Shown here in pieces: positions 33,916 to 42,039 of a stretch of 45,574 bases of DNA (its first letter is position 1; each line of letters opens with the position of its first letter). The stretch is from a virus. The notes under the pieces were generated by a model. It was given only the letters and a program-made list of their open reading frames with translations. It made no database searches and was not told where the DNA came from. Location of the stretch: the IMG/VR virus record IMGVR_UViG_3300045988_139688; one strand, given 5' to 3'. The translations under genes were made by a program, and so were the position numbers.

Positions 33916-33939
33916 GGAGTGAGTCTTATGGCTCACTCC
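33916..33939 (-). terminator. Intra-operon hairpin (attenuator or RNA-stability element)
   Basis: GGAGTGAG-8 nt-CTCACTCC. On the minus strand it is followed by TTTGTATTT. Confidence 0.35.
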
Positions 33940-33953
33940 TTTATTGAGTAAAC

Positions 33954-34184
33954 CTACACTTCAGGTTTGGAATTTTCCAATATACTCAAAATCTTTTGTT
34001 GGTTGGCAATTATGGTCTTTAGATACCGTTCATCTTGAACCTGGAGCTCATACATGATATCGTCATTGCTTAGCTGTTTTGCATTCTTTTGAACGTTTGT
34101 CAACTGAATACAAAAGCTAATCATTGTGATAATATCTAGTAAATCAAACTGCTGGCTTGATTGTACATTAGCATCCGCAGCCAT
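33954..34184 (-). CDS. Small helical protein (orphan operon gene 5)
   Basis: 76-aa ORF overlapping the end of the upstream gene. Confidence 0.55.
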   Translation of the reverse strand: MAADANVQSSQQFDLLDIITMISFCIQLTNVQKNAKQLSNDDIMYELQVQDERYLKTIIANQQKILSILENSKPEV

Positions 34185-34878
34185 AAGCTTGTCTGTAAGG
34201 GTTTATTGACTCATAAGGTGAGCAGGTGATGTAAGCTGGCTGACTTACAGGTCTTACAGCATTGATAATGGTATTTGTTTGAGCCTGATTGCCGAGCTGA
34301 AGCTGTGCTGCTTGAAGGTTATCTCTGAGCTCTTGAATTGTGTTCTGTGTCATGATATCAACGATACGTTGTGTATTTGCTTGGCTTGCATTGATGATGT
34401 CACAAGTGTTCTTAGCATTCTCGTAGCGGAGAGCATCAATGTTTCTGTTTGTTTCGCAGCAGCAATTCTGCATCTGGTAACCAAGGTTATTGATGTTCTG
34501 ATTTGTTGCATTGAAGCCATTGTTTACTGCACTTGTTATGCCATTGAAACCTTGACAAAGGTCACGCTGGATACCATTGAATCCCTGAAGCATTGTAGTA
34601 TTCTGTGCGTAGAAACCATCACAGAGACCGCTCTGAATACCCCTTACAGAATTATCAAGGCTCTGGAAGTTCATATCTTGGCAGAGGTCTGCTCTTGTAA
34701 GAGTTCCCTGAAGGTCAGCATTTCCTCTGCCACCCCAGAAGCCGTTACCGCCCCAAGCAAGCAGGAAAAACAGGAAAAATACCCAAGCACCATTTCCTCC
34801 AAACATACCATCGTCTACATTTCTGTTTTGCAATGCGAGAGCATCAGCTACAGAAAGACCCGAATTTTCCATACCCAT
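34168..34878 (-). CDS. Membrane-anchored Cys/Asn/Gln-rich repeat protein (orphan operon gene 4)
   Basis: ATG 34878 lies 8 nt after AAGGAGG. One TM segment (AWVFFLFFLLAWGG). Three LC(Q/D)(D/G)(M/F) repeats about 20 aa apart, an NCCCE motif and a C-terminal YGCGC. 10 Cys in total. Confidence 0.7.
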   Translation of the reverse strand: MGMENSGLSVADALALQNRNVDDGMFGGNGAWVFFLFFLLAWGGNGFWGGRGNADLQGTLTRADLCQDMNFQSLDNSVRGIQSGLCDGFYAQNTTMLQGFNGIQRDLCQGFNGITSAVNNGFNATNQNINNLGYQMQNCCCETNRNIDALRYENAKNTCDIINASQANTQRIVDIMTQNTIQELRDNLQAAQLQLGNQAQTNTIINAVRPVSQPAYITCSPYESINPYRQAYGCGC

Positions 34879-34916
34879 ATCTCATTCCTCCTTCGAATAA
34901 AAATTTATGATAAACA

Positions 34917-35138
34917 CTATGGGTTGTGTTTATTTACTGTAAATTGTGATTGAACTTGTTGAAACTGTTTAATTGCGTCATCAAGATTTATACCTCGTTG
35001 TTGACATAAATTTTTGGCAATTTGCTCTAATTCTTGCTCACTTTTTCCACTTGCCATTTCTTGAGCTCTCTTGAACAAGGGGTTGCTCATCAGCTGATTT
35101 TGCATCTGTGCTGATGCCATTTGAATAGGATTGAACAT
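34917..35138 (-). CDS. Small Gln-rich protein (orphan operon gene 3)
   Basis: ATG 35138 lies 8 nt after GGGAGGT; 73 aa. Confidence 0.6.
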   Translation of the reverse strand: MFNPIQMASAQMQNQLMSNPLFKRAQEMASGKSEQELEQIAKNLCQQRGINLDDAIKQFQQVQSQFTVNKHNP

Positions 35139-35589
35139 TAGACATTACCTCCCGATTTAATTGGTCAATTTTGTCCTTTAACGTGTGTATATCATTTTTA
35201 AGGTAAGTTACCACCTCATTCAGCTCTTCACGGTTAACGAGCATTTCTGATTGTGTAACTGGGTGTGTATTTGCTGGAGCTTCTTTTTCATCTAACGAGT
35301 AGGTGTTTAACGTGGCTGTACCATCAAGATTAATCTGTTTTGTGTATATTCGTTTATTTGCGATATCAGGAAAAACAAATACTGACCCGTCCAAGTCAAT
35401 CATTGCTGCTTTGGCTTCATCGATACTTGTAACAGCTCTGCCCTTTAAGATAGATGCTTGCATTTGAGCTGGCTGTGATTGATATGGGTTTTGAGAGTAT
35501 TGCGGAAACTGCTGTTCCATCTGGTTTAGTCGTTGTTGCAACGGAGCCATCGGGTTATATCCTGGTGGTGTGTAATAATTTCCGTACAT
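35038..35589 (-). CDS. Protein with Gln/Pro/Tyr-rich N-terminus (orphan operon gene 2)
   Basis: ATG 35589 after GGGAGGA. N-terminus MYGNYYTPPGYNPMAPLQQRLNQMEQQFPQYSQNPYQSQPAQMQ. The 3' end overlaps the next ORF by 100 nt, so the true stop or overlap is uncertain. Confidence 0.6.
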   Translation of the reverse strand: MYGNYYTPPGYNPMAPLQQRLNQMEQQFPQYSQNPYQSQPAQMQASILKGRAVTSIDEAKAAMIDLDGSVFVFPDIANKRIYTKQINLDGTATLNTYSLDEKEAPANTHPVTQSEMLVNREELNEVVTYLKNDIHTLKDKIDQLNREVMSNVQSYSNGISTDAKSADEQPLVQESSRNGKWKK

Positions 35590-35761
35590 GTGTTATCCTC
35601 CCTGTTGGTATTGAATCTCTGTGCTCTATACTTTGACACAAATCTTCGTATTTATGTTCTTGCTTGTAGGATTGTATAATGCCCTGAGCTACATCAGGAC
35701 TCAAATTATATTCCCATTGTAATTCGTTCAATAGAATTTGTTCTGTGTATATCAAGCTCAT
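35555..35761 (-). CDS. Small protein (orphan operon gene 1)
   Basis: 68 aa; first ORF after promoter 35783..35811. Confidence 0.5.
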   Translation of the reverse strand: MSLIYTEQILLNELQWEYNLSPDVAQGIIQSYKQEHKYEDLCQSIEHRDSIPTGRITHVRKLLHTTRI

Positions 35762-35782
35762 CCCCTCTTCGTCTTTTAAGCT

Positions 35783-35811
35783 AATTATACTCTATTTCTA
35801 ATAGATAAAGT
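35783..35811 (-). promoter_or_regulatory. Sigma-A-type promoter of the orphan operon
   Basis: The minus strand reads TACTTT-17 nt-TATAAT (gatACTTTATctattagaaatagAGTATAAT). It shares the ACTTTAT and AGTATAAT cores with the cassettes but lacks the TTGTTAATAA box. Confidence 0.5.
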
Positions 35812-35848
35812 ATCTATAAAAGACCTGAAAAGGGCTGAAAAAGTATCT

Positions 35849-35896
35849 AAAAATGATATCAGCCCGAAGCAAGCTTTACGCTCACTTCAGGCTGAT
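35849..35896 (-). terminator. Intrinsic terminator after the sigma-like gene
   Basis: The minus strand reads ATCAGCCTGAAG-15 nt-CTTCGGGCTGAT (one mismatch) followed by ATCATTTTT. Confidence 0.6.
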
Positions 35897-35908
35897 ACTA
35901 GCACTATA

Positions 35909-36175
35909 TTACAGGAGTTTTTCAAGTTTTGATAAGATTTTTCTGTGTTTACGTTTGATAGTTGATTCAGAATAACCCATAGTATCTGCAACATAGCTTA
36001 GAGTTTTGTTTTGAAGATATAACAACTTGACTATTTGCTTATCTTCTTGGTTTAGTGTGCTTGATTCGATTAAATCAATAAATGTAGATACTTTTGGGAT
36101 ACTTTGTAATCTGTGCTTTGTTTCTATGTGAAGACTCATAGCTACCCTTTTCTGTACCTCCCACAAGTTGGACAT
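35909..36175 (-). CDS. Sigma-70 region-4-like HTH protein (candidate late/accessory transcription factor)
   Basis: 88 aa. LNQEDKQIVKLLYLQNKTLSYVADTMGYSESTIKRKHRKILSKLEKLL matches the region 4.2 / ECF C-terminal pattern. No region 2 is present. Confidence 0.6.
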   Translation of the reverse strand: MSNLWEVQKRVAMSLHIETKHRLQSIPKVSTFIDLIESSTLNQEDKQIVKLLYLQNKTLSYVADTMGYSESTIKRKHRKILSKLEKLL

Positions 36176-36254
36176 CTTGAACCAGATGAAGATTTTCTTG
36201 TCCTAGTTCGTGTTTTAGTAACAGTTGTTCGAATAATCTTCTGTTTTGCCAAAA

Positions 36255-36548
36255 TTAGTCACTCCCTTCTGTATACTGAGCATTTTCACCTGCTTGATAA
36301 ACGTTGTTACCATTGCCTTCGCCAGTATCTTGTTCAATGGTTTCGGTTGTTGTAGTTGTGGTATCTGATACATCGAATTGGCTTTCATACCAAATAAACA
36401 TACCAACTTCAATCAGATTTACAAGAACCATAATGATGATAACAATCCATAGCCTTAGATGCTCTTTCTTCTTTTGATTCAGTAAATCCAAGGTAATTCG
36501 ATTGAGTGCCATACTCTCCTCAAATGCATTAGATTCATTTGTGTTCAT
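36255..36548 (-). CDS. Single-pass membrane protein in lysis cassette
   Basis: ATG 36548 (MNTNESNAF...). TM segment LRLWIVIIIMVLVNLIEVGMFIWY. Confidence 0.55.
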   Translation of the reverse strand: MNTNESNAFEESMALNRITLDLLNQKKKEHLRLWIVIIIMVLVNLIEVGMFIWYESQFDVSDTTTTTTETIEQDTGEGNGNNVYQAGENAQYTEGSD

Positions 36549-36837
36549 GACTTTCTTCTCGCTCCCTTTCTTCAAGATTTTTTATTCGGGTCTCAAGATG
36601 AGATATTTGTTGAGCATGCTCTGTAAGAAGAATATCTTGTCTGTTTTGCGTGCTTTCTTGGCTATCTAGCTTGCTCTTTATCTCTGCAATACCTTTAGCA
36701 CAGGTGTCCAGTTTCTCAGCAAAACGACCATTTTGTTCAGCTTTTGAGAGACGTCCAGATATAAATGTTAAAATACCAATAACACAGGAAATAACGCCAA
36801 TTAAGAATGTAATTGTTGCTCCGTTCAATAACATCAC
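36535..36837 (-). CDS. Holin-like membrane protein (N-terminal TM + coiled coil)
   Basis: 100 aa. TM segment ATITFLIGVISCVIGILTFI. Starts 10 nt after the endolysin stop. Confidence 0.5.
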   Translation of the reverse strand: MMLLNGATITFLIGVISCVIGILTFISGRLSKAEQNGRFAEKLDTCAKGIAEIKSKLDSQESTQNRQDILLTEHAQQISHLETRIKNLEEREREESHEHK

Positions 36838-36846
36838 CTCTGCAGT

Positions 36847-37677
36847 CTATCTAATCTGAATTCTTTGTCCAGGATAGATAAGATTTGGATTTTTAATCTT
36901 ATTGTCTCGGACAAGTTTTGAGACAGAGGTTTTGTATTTAGCAGCTATGCCAGACAGAGTATCTCCCTTTTTTACAACATAAGTCCTAACTTTTGAGGAG
37001 CTGTTGGACTTGTTGTTTGTTTTTGAGGAATTAGAGGAATTTGTACCTGTAAAACCATTAAGTTTTTTGTTTTTAATGATTGCAGTGTAATCTTTATAAG
37101 CTATGTTACAGTCACACTTAGTATGTACTCCAGGAACTGAAGCTGAACTTGTATACTGCCACATTCCGTATGGAGCTTTGTAGTCTGGTTTTGAAACATC
37201 AAAATGTGCCACCCATACATCAAATCTTTTCCTTACTGCCAGTGGAACGTTGTTAATCAACCAAGAAGCATAGCTGTAGAGGGAACAGAAATAACCAGCT
37301 TTTTCCATAGAAGTGCAAAATGCTGTTATCAGCTGACCCATCTTTTCTTTTGAAATTTCAGATTGACATTTGTCTTCAATGTCAAAAGCCACTGGCATTT
37401 CAAACTTCTTTCCTTTGATAACCTGCTGAAAGACCTTGGCTTCTCTTTCTGCCTCTTCCTTTGATATTGCATAAGAATACCAATATGCTCCTACCTTGAG
37501 CCCAGCAGCTTTGGCGTTTTTGTAATTGGTCTCAAAACAGGGGTCTTTTTGGTGCAAGTATTTTCCATAACCTGCATTAATCATAACAAAATCGTAGCCT
37601 GCTGCCTTGACCAGTTTGTAATCAACGTGTCCTTGATAATGAGACACATCAATACCTTTTGAGTTTTTCATAGACAT
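36847..37677 (-). CDS. Endolysin: GH25 muramidase + C-terminal LysM
   Basis: [31 protein letters not shown] (GH25). A Ser/Asn linker follows, then the LysM domain [43 protein letters not shown]. Confidence 0.9.
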   Translation of the reverse strand: MSMKNSKGIDVSHYQGHVDYKLVKAAGYDFVMINAGYGKYLHQKDPCFETNYKNAKAAGLKVGAYWYSYAISKEEAEREAKVFQQVIKGKKFEMPVAFDIEDKCQSEISKEKMGQLITAFCTSMEKAGYFCSLYSYASWLINNVPLAVRKRFDVWVAHFDVSKPDYKAPYGMWQYTSSASVPGVHTKCDCNIAYKDYTAIIKNKKLNGFTGTNSSNSSKTNNKSNSSSKVRTYVVKKGDTLSGIAAKYKTSVSKLVRDNKIKNPNLIYPGQRIQIR

Positions 37678-37702
37678 CCTCCTATCAATAATTATAATTG
37701 TA

Positions 37703-37760
37703 ATTATACTACTTAGATTTTAACTCCTTATTACTAAACTATAAACAAATTATTAATTAT
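37703..37760 (-). promoter_or_regulatory. Degenerate promoter cassette, copy G, ahead of the endolysin
   Basis: The reverse complement reads aaTTAATAATTTGTTTATagtttagtaataaggagttaaaatctaagtAGTATAAT. The box and the -10 are conserved; the middle part has diverged. Confidence 0.45.
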
Positions 37761-37896
37761 TTGGCTCATTGTAATCCAAGTTGGTTATCTCTTTATACTC
37801 CTCTGGAGTGATTGCTTTAGCTTTGACCAGATTCTTCATCTGCTTTATCTTGTAAAGACCCTTGTCGTAGTATTCCTTGATAATGCTGTAATACAT
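37753..37896 (-). CDS. XkdX-like small protein
   Basis: ATG 37896 after AAGGAGGG. MYYSIIKEYYDKGLYKIKQMKNLVKAKAITPEEYKEITN matches the XkdX family pattern. Confidence 0.7.
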   Translation of the reverse strand: MYYSIIKEYYDKGLYKIKQMKNLVKAKAITPEEYKEITNLDYNEPNN

Positions 37897-38617
37897 CACT
37901 CGCCCTCCTTGCGGTTTCTGCCTGCGTTGCGGACGTTTCAACCGCTGTCTTTGCGGTTTCAGCACGATTGGCTTTATCTAGTGCAAAATTTGCAGCACTG
38001 CTTGCACTGTCAGCAGATTTGCCAGCTTCTTTTGCATAATCCTGTGCTTGATTTGCACCAGCCGTTGCACGCTCTTCTGCACCCTCTGCTCGTTCTGCCG
38101 ATTTAGCAGCGTTCTGCTCGGAATTCTTAGCACTTTGGGCAGCTTTATCAACTTCGTCAGCTTTTTGTATTGCGGTATTTTCTGCACTGATAGCTCTTTC
38201 TTTTGCACTGACAGCCGTATCCCTAGCTTGTTCAGCACGTTCAGCATATTCTTTTGAATTACTCTCATACTGCAGAATCTTGTCCAAAGCATCCAAAGAT
38301 TCTTCATACGAAGGTATTCCTGACTCATCAATGGAGCTTCTTATTTCTTGCTTAAATATATCCGATTTACGAACCAGCTTATAAACTTCACCTTCAACTG
38401 CATAAGCTACAATTTGACATTTAACCTCACAAGCGGTTTTGAAAATTGAAGCTCCTAAAGAACACATTCCATTCTTGATAGGAAGCTCATACACAGTTTT
38501 GTCTGGATATTCAATTTTCAGCTTATAAGCTGTTGCTTCTGGAATAGCATAGTTTAGGACAGATATTTCACGTGCATTTACTTCGCCTACATAACCAAGA
38601 TAGACGAAATCACACAT
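37817..38617 (-). CDS. Tail fibre / baseplate protein: Ig-like N-terminus + Ala-rich coiled-coil
   Basis: 266 aa. Long heptad region AERAEQARDTAVSAKERAISAENTAIQKADEVDKAAQSAKNSEQNAAKSAERAEGAEE.... The 3' end overlaps the XkdX-like gene by 80 nt. Confidence 0.6.
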   Translation of the reverse strand: MCDFVYLGYVGEVNAREISVLNYAIPEATAYKLKIEYPDKTVYELPIKNGMCSLGASIFKTACEVKCQIVAYAVEGEVYKLVRKSDIFKQEIRSSIDESGIPSYEESLDALDKILQYESNSKEYAERAEQARDTAVSAKERAISAENTAIQKADEVDKAAQSAKNSEQNAAKSAERAEGAEERATAGANQAQDYAKEAGKSADSASSAANFALDKANRAETAKTAVETSATQAETARRASDVLQHYQGILRQGSLQDKADEESGQS

Positions 38618-38632
38618 GGCATTATAACCTCA

Positions 38633-38833
38633 TCAAGGGTTATCTGCATCTTTCTTCACCTCCCTTGGTTTTGAGTATTGCGTTCCGAAGTAGAAGGCAA
38701 TAATTGTTGTAAATATTGTTAGATACTGCTCCGAAGATATATCTTTACGAATAGAAAGAATGCAGAAAACAACTGTAAGAAGCAGAGTCACAATTGACTT
38801 AACATCAATCAACTTAGCAAATTTTTGTTTCAT
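38633..38833 (-). CDS. Two-TM small membrane protein embedded in the fibre genes
   Basis: 66 aa. TM segments IVTLLLTVVFCILSI and LTIFTTIIAFYFG. Confidence 0.55.
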   Translation of the reverse strand: MKQKFAKLIDVKSIVTLLLTVVFCILSIRKDISSEQYLTIFTTIIAFYFGTQYSKPREVKKDADNP

Positions 38834-38850
38834 AAGATTTTACCTCCTTA

Positions 38851-39540
38851 TTATTCATCTGCCAGACAGAAAGCTTTTCCACAGAGATATTTCTTATCAG
38901 CAACTTTCATCTTGTTAAACTGAATGGGGGCACAAGCCATCATATAGATACCTTTAAATGTTCCTCCAAATGTGCTATCTGTTACTGGTATCAAATATCC
39001 TTTGCGTGTACCGTCAATAATCGAATTAAATGTTGCTTCTTCCGATATTCCGTTATCTGTTGCGACAACATACGAATTATCATCAGCAACATAGATACAA
39101 CCCTTTGTTGTCGTTCCGTCAAGTAGTGCGATTTCTCCAGCATAAAGGTTATAAAAATGCGGGTCACGAGTATTAGCATTTCCCCCTGAGTAAGCACAAA
39201 TGCAAACACCTTTACTTGTCTTACCAATGGATAATGTACAATATTGTGCATTGAACTCAACACGTTTTGTACCACTTGGTACTGCAATGTTTATTCCCAG
39301 ATAAGCAGAATTTGTTGCATACATATCTAAGGAGAAATAGCTATTTTCTGAAAAGTAATATTTTCCATATGTTTCCTTATATGCCTGTGGATAGCTTGCG
39401 CTACTACTTTCAACAACACTTGTCTTATCACCCCAGGTGTATGCCGACTGGATTGCGTTTAAAAAATTTTTCCACATTGCTAAACTATCATTATTGCCGT
39501 AAACACTCGCTTTAACAGCATATGTTGTATGTTCAATCAT
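38851..39540 (-). CDS. Receptor-binding protein candidate, paralog B
   Basis: ATG 39540 after AAGGGGTGAG. Shares GKYYF..NSY, SIGKTSKG(V/I)CICAYSG, FYNLY.GEI..LDG.T..GCIY.ADD and ATD.GISEE with 39552..40217. Confidence 0.6.
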   Translation of the reverse strand: MIEHTTYAVKASVYGNNDSLAMWKNFLNAIQSAYTWGDKTSVVESSSASYPQAYKETYGKYYFSENSYFSLDMYATNSAYLGINIAVPSGTKRVEFNAQYCTLSIGKTSKGVCICAYSGGNANTRDPHFYNLYAGEIALLDGTTTKGCIYVADDNSYVVATDNGISEEATFNSIIDGTRKGYLIPVTDSTFGGTFKGIYMMACAPIQFNKMKVADKKYLCGKAFCLADE

Positions 39541-39551
39541 TTTCTCACCCC

Positions 39552-40217
39552 TTAATCTTTCAACGCAAGAGCTTTTCCACAAAGGAAACCACCCTGCCCA
39601 TCAACGTCCATAATATTATACCGTAGTGGCGAATATCTCATAATAAATACACCTTCGAAAATATCCCCTGTTGTTGTATTTACAACAGGAATTAAAACCG
39701 CTTTTTTATCTGCTGAGATAACAGAATTTTGTGAACTTTCTTCAGATATTCCACTATCTGTTGCAATAGTCAACGTGCCATCATCTGCTGCATAAATACA
39801 ACCCTGCGCTGTTGAGCCATCAAGCTTTGTAATTTCTCCAACATATAGATTGTAAAACTGAGAATTTCTTGAAGTATTTGCACCAGAGTAAGCACAGATA
39901 CAAATGCCTTTTGACGTTTTACCGATTGAAAACATATAGTATGGGTCTTGTAGACTGATTGTTTTTGTACCACTTGGTGTTACAATTTCAATTTTTACTC
40001 CATAATTATGCGGTACATAATTGCTGATTTTTATATAACTATTTGCCGTAAAGTAGTATTTTCCATATATCGCTGCTATGTTAGCAATATCATAAACTTC
40101 CGAACCTGTTTCCCAAGTATAAGCTGATAGAATTGCATTATATACTGCTACAACCTTATCAACATCATTTGAATCTACCTGAACATTGCTCATCAAAGTT
40201 GTATGTGTTATTGCCAT
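39552..40217 (-). CDS. Receptor-binding protein candidate, paralog A
   Basis: 221 aa; tandem paralog of the downstream gene. Confidence 0.6.
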   Translation of the reverse strand: MAITHTTLMSNVQVDSNDVDKVVAVYNAILSAYTWETGSEVYDIANIAAIYGKYYFTANSYIKISNYVPHNYGVKIEIVTPSGTKTISLQDPYYMFSIGKTSKGICICAYSGANTSRNSQFYNLYVGEITKLDGSTAQGCIYAADDGTLTIATDSGISEESSQNSVISADKKAVLIPVVNTTTGDIFEGVFIMRYSPLRYNIMDVDGQGGFLCGKALALKD

Positions 40218-40897
40218 TATTCTGTCACCTCTCCTTCTGTAGTTTCTGCCTCGTCAGTGGATTCACTAGCTGTACCAACAATTGGAGTAACAGCCACACC
40301 TTCCGACCAAGCATAGGCTGTACCAACAGGAAGAGAAGCTCCTTCCCCTTTAGCTGCCATTTCAACATCACCAAGATATTGTTTAACATTCCCCTCTGAG
40401 TCAATGACATAGTAGACTGTATTAGCATCATGAACCACCATCGCTTCAAATTCTGCAGTAGACATCTGTATCATCTGCATTTTGGTTCTTGGTTCCATTC
40501 CCGTGGTCTCAGCCGATGGAGTCACTCGAACCTTAAATGTTGAAGAAGACAAGAAAGAAGCTCCTTCCAATCTACCCTCTGTTAGTATTACATCTATTAT
40601 AACTAAACCTGGATTTGCAAGGGCTTGACGAGGAAGTCCAATTTTAATTGTTCTTCGACCAGATTGTACCTCACAAGTACAAGGATAAGAATAGCCTGTT
40701 GAAACTTTAGCTCTAGCAGAAACTGTTAAACCATAGGCATCTGTTTGTTCTGGAATTTGAACTGTCACACCATCCCAATTTTGTAACTGTACATTAACAA
40801 ATCTTGAGTTATAATCTCCTTGTTTCGCATAAACCAGCACATCAGTTTCTTGCCCTGTTAAGGGAAGCGTATGTAAAATTCGTGGTGAGTATTCCAT
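40217..40897 (-). CDS. Baseplate upper protein-like (BppU N-terminal-like)
   Basis: DVLVYAKQGDYNSRFVNVQLQNWDG resembles the QGD-x-NSR signature of the BppU N-terminal domain. Lies downstream of Tal. Confidence 0.5.
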   Translation of the reverse strand: MEYSPRILHTLPLTGQETDVLVYAKQGDYNSRFVNVQLQNWDGVTVQIPEQTDAYGLTVSARAKVSTGYSYPCTCEVQSGRRTIKIGLPRQALANPGLVIIDVILTEGRLEGASFLSSSTFKVRVTPSAETTGMEPRTKMQMIQMSTAEFEAMVVHDANTVYYVIDSEGNVKQYLGDVEMAAKGEGASLPVGTAYAWSEGVAVTPIVGTASESTDEAETTEGEVTE

Positions 40898-42039
40898 TAC
40901 TTTGTCACTCCATTCCGATTTAATAATGTACTCAGTGTAATTTGCCCAAACCCAAATTTCGGGGTGATGGTTATACCCGAAGAGTCAAAAGATTTAGTGA
41001 ATGAACTAAATACAGCAGAAGTTTGTAACTCTAAGTTTTTATCTTGGATAATTATTGTATCCCCTAAGTTATAATCTTTACCAAGAACAAATTTGGAATT
41101 GGCCAGATTTACGTTTGAATCATATACAGATACCAAGCGATGATTTGCCAAGAAAGCTTTCGCCAAACCTTGTACATAATCCATAGCCTTTGTTGAAGGA
41201 ACTGACACATTTGCTCCATCAATTGTTAGAGCATAAACCTTGTTTTGGGAAGCGTCTATTTTTGTTCTATCAATACCATCTTGATAGAGGAAAGCAGAAA
41301 CTGGCCCAGTAGTTGCATTATTCAACATTATAGCAACAACACTTGCATAATAGTTCATACTGTTTTCAGCGTAGCTAGAGTCATATAGGTCTCCAAATTC
41401 TGTTGACAGAATAACATTATCTCTTGTTTTTGGGTATAGCAATTTTGATTCCAGCTTGTTGGCTGGATTTATTGTCATATCGAAACCAAGACCCAAAATA
41501 GCAGTGCTGCTTTCTAAGAATGCTAGATAGGTTACATCTTCTACAGGACAAGTGGTCAAAGCTGCTTTTGACATATCATTTGTATTAACATAATGTATTA
41601 TTTCAAGTGGAACACTTTCTGCCATTACTTTTCCTGGTTGTTCTTGATTCAAATGGGAAATTTGTAGAAGATGACTCATATCCAATTCTACATTATCTTT
41701 ATAAACCTCCACATTTAAACTTCCAGATATAGCTTGTCTGATGTAGTGAGAATAGATGTTGCTTGCTGCTTTACCCTTTACAACAATCCTTTTTTGATTG
41801 GATTTTAACTCTTTCTGAACCTTATACACGATTCCAAGAAAATATTCATCGATTTGTATTAGCTTATCCCTCATGTCTTCTCGGGATACCAGCTTATAAT
41901 ACTCATCAGAATATGGGAGTGTAATCGTAAAATCACCAGGAGCATTGAATTGCTTCTCATAGGTGTATGATATACAATCACTTAAAATACCGATTGCTGT
42001 GACTTGGGATATTCCTTGTTTGTATACAATTAAATCCAT
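40897..42039 (-). CDS. Tail-associated protein (Tal / Gp37-like)
   Basis: 380 aa, directly after Dit with ATGA-type coupling. Confidence 0.55.
   Translation of the reverse strand: MDLIVYKQGISQVTAIGILSDCISYTYEKQFNAPGDFTITLPYSDEYYKLVSREDMRDKLIQIDEYFLGIVYKVQKELKSNQKRIVVKGKAASNIYSHYIRQAISGSLNVEVYKDNVELDMSHLLQISHLNQEQPGKVMAESVPLEIIHYVNTNDMSKAALTTCPVEDVTYLAFLESSTAILGLGFDMTINPANKLESKLLYPKTRDNVILSTEFGDLYDSSYAENSMNYYASVVAIMLNNATTGPVSAFLYQDGIDRTKIDASQNKVYALTIDGANVSVPSTKAMDYVQGLAKAFLANHRLVSVYDSNVNLANSKFVLGKDYNLGDTIIIQDKNLELQTSAVFSSFTKSFDSSGITITPKFGFGQITLSTLLNRNGVTK

Noticed and set aside
36255-36837. Confident assignment of holin/antiholin or spanins
   Set aside because: Only TM topology and position support a lysis role. 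No holin family signature was recognised, so the calls are kept generic.
38851-40217. Diversity-generating retroelement acting on the paralogous fibre genes
   Set aside because: There is no reverse transcriptase anywhere in the genome. The paralogs differ throughout at protein level rather than at adenine-specific sites of a near-identical template/variable repeat pair.
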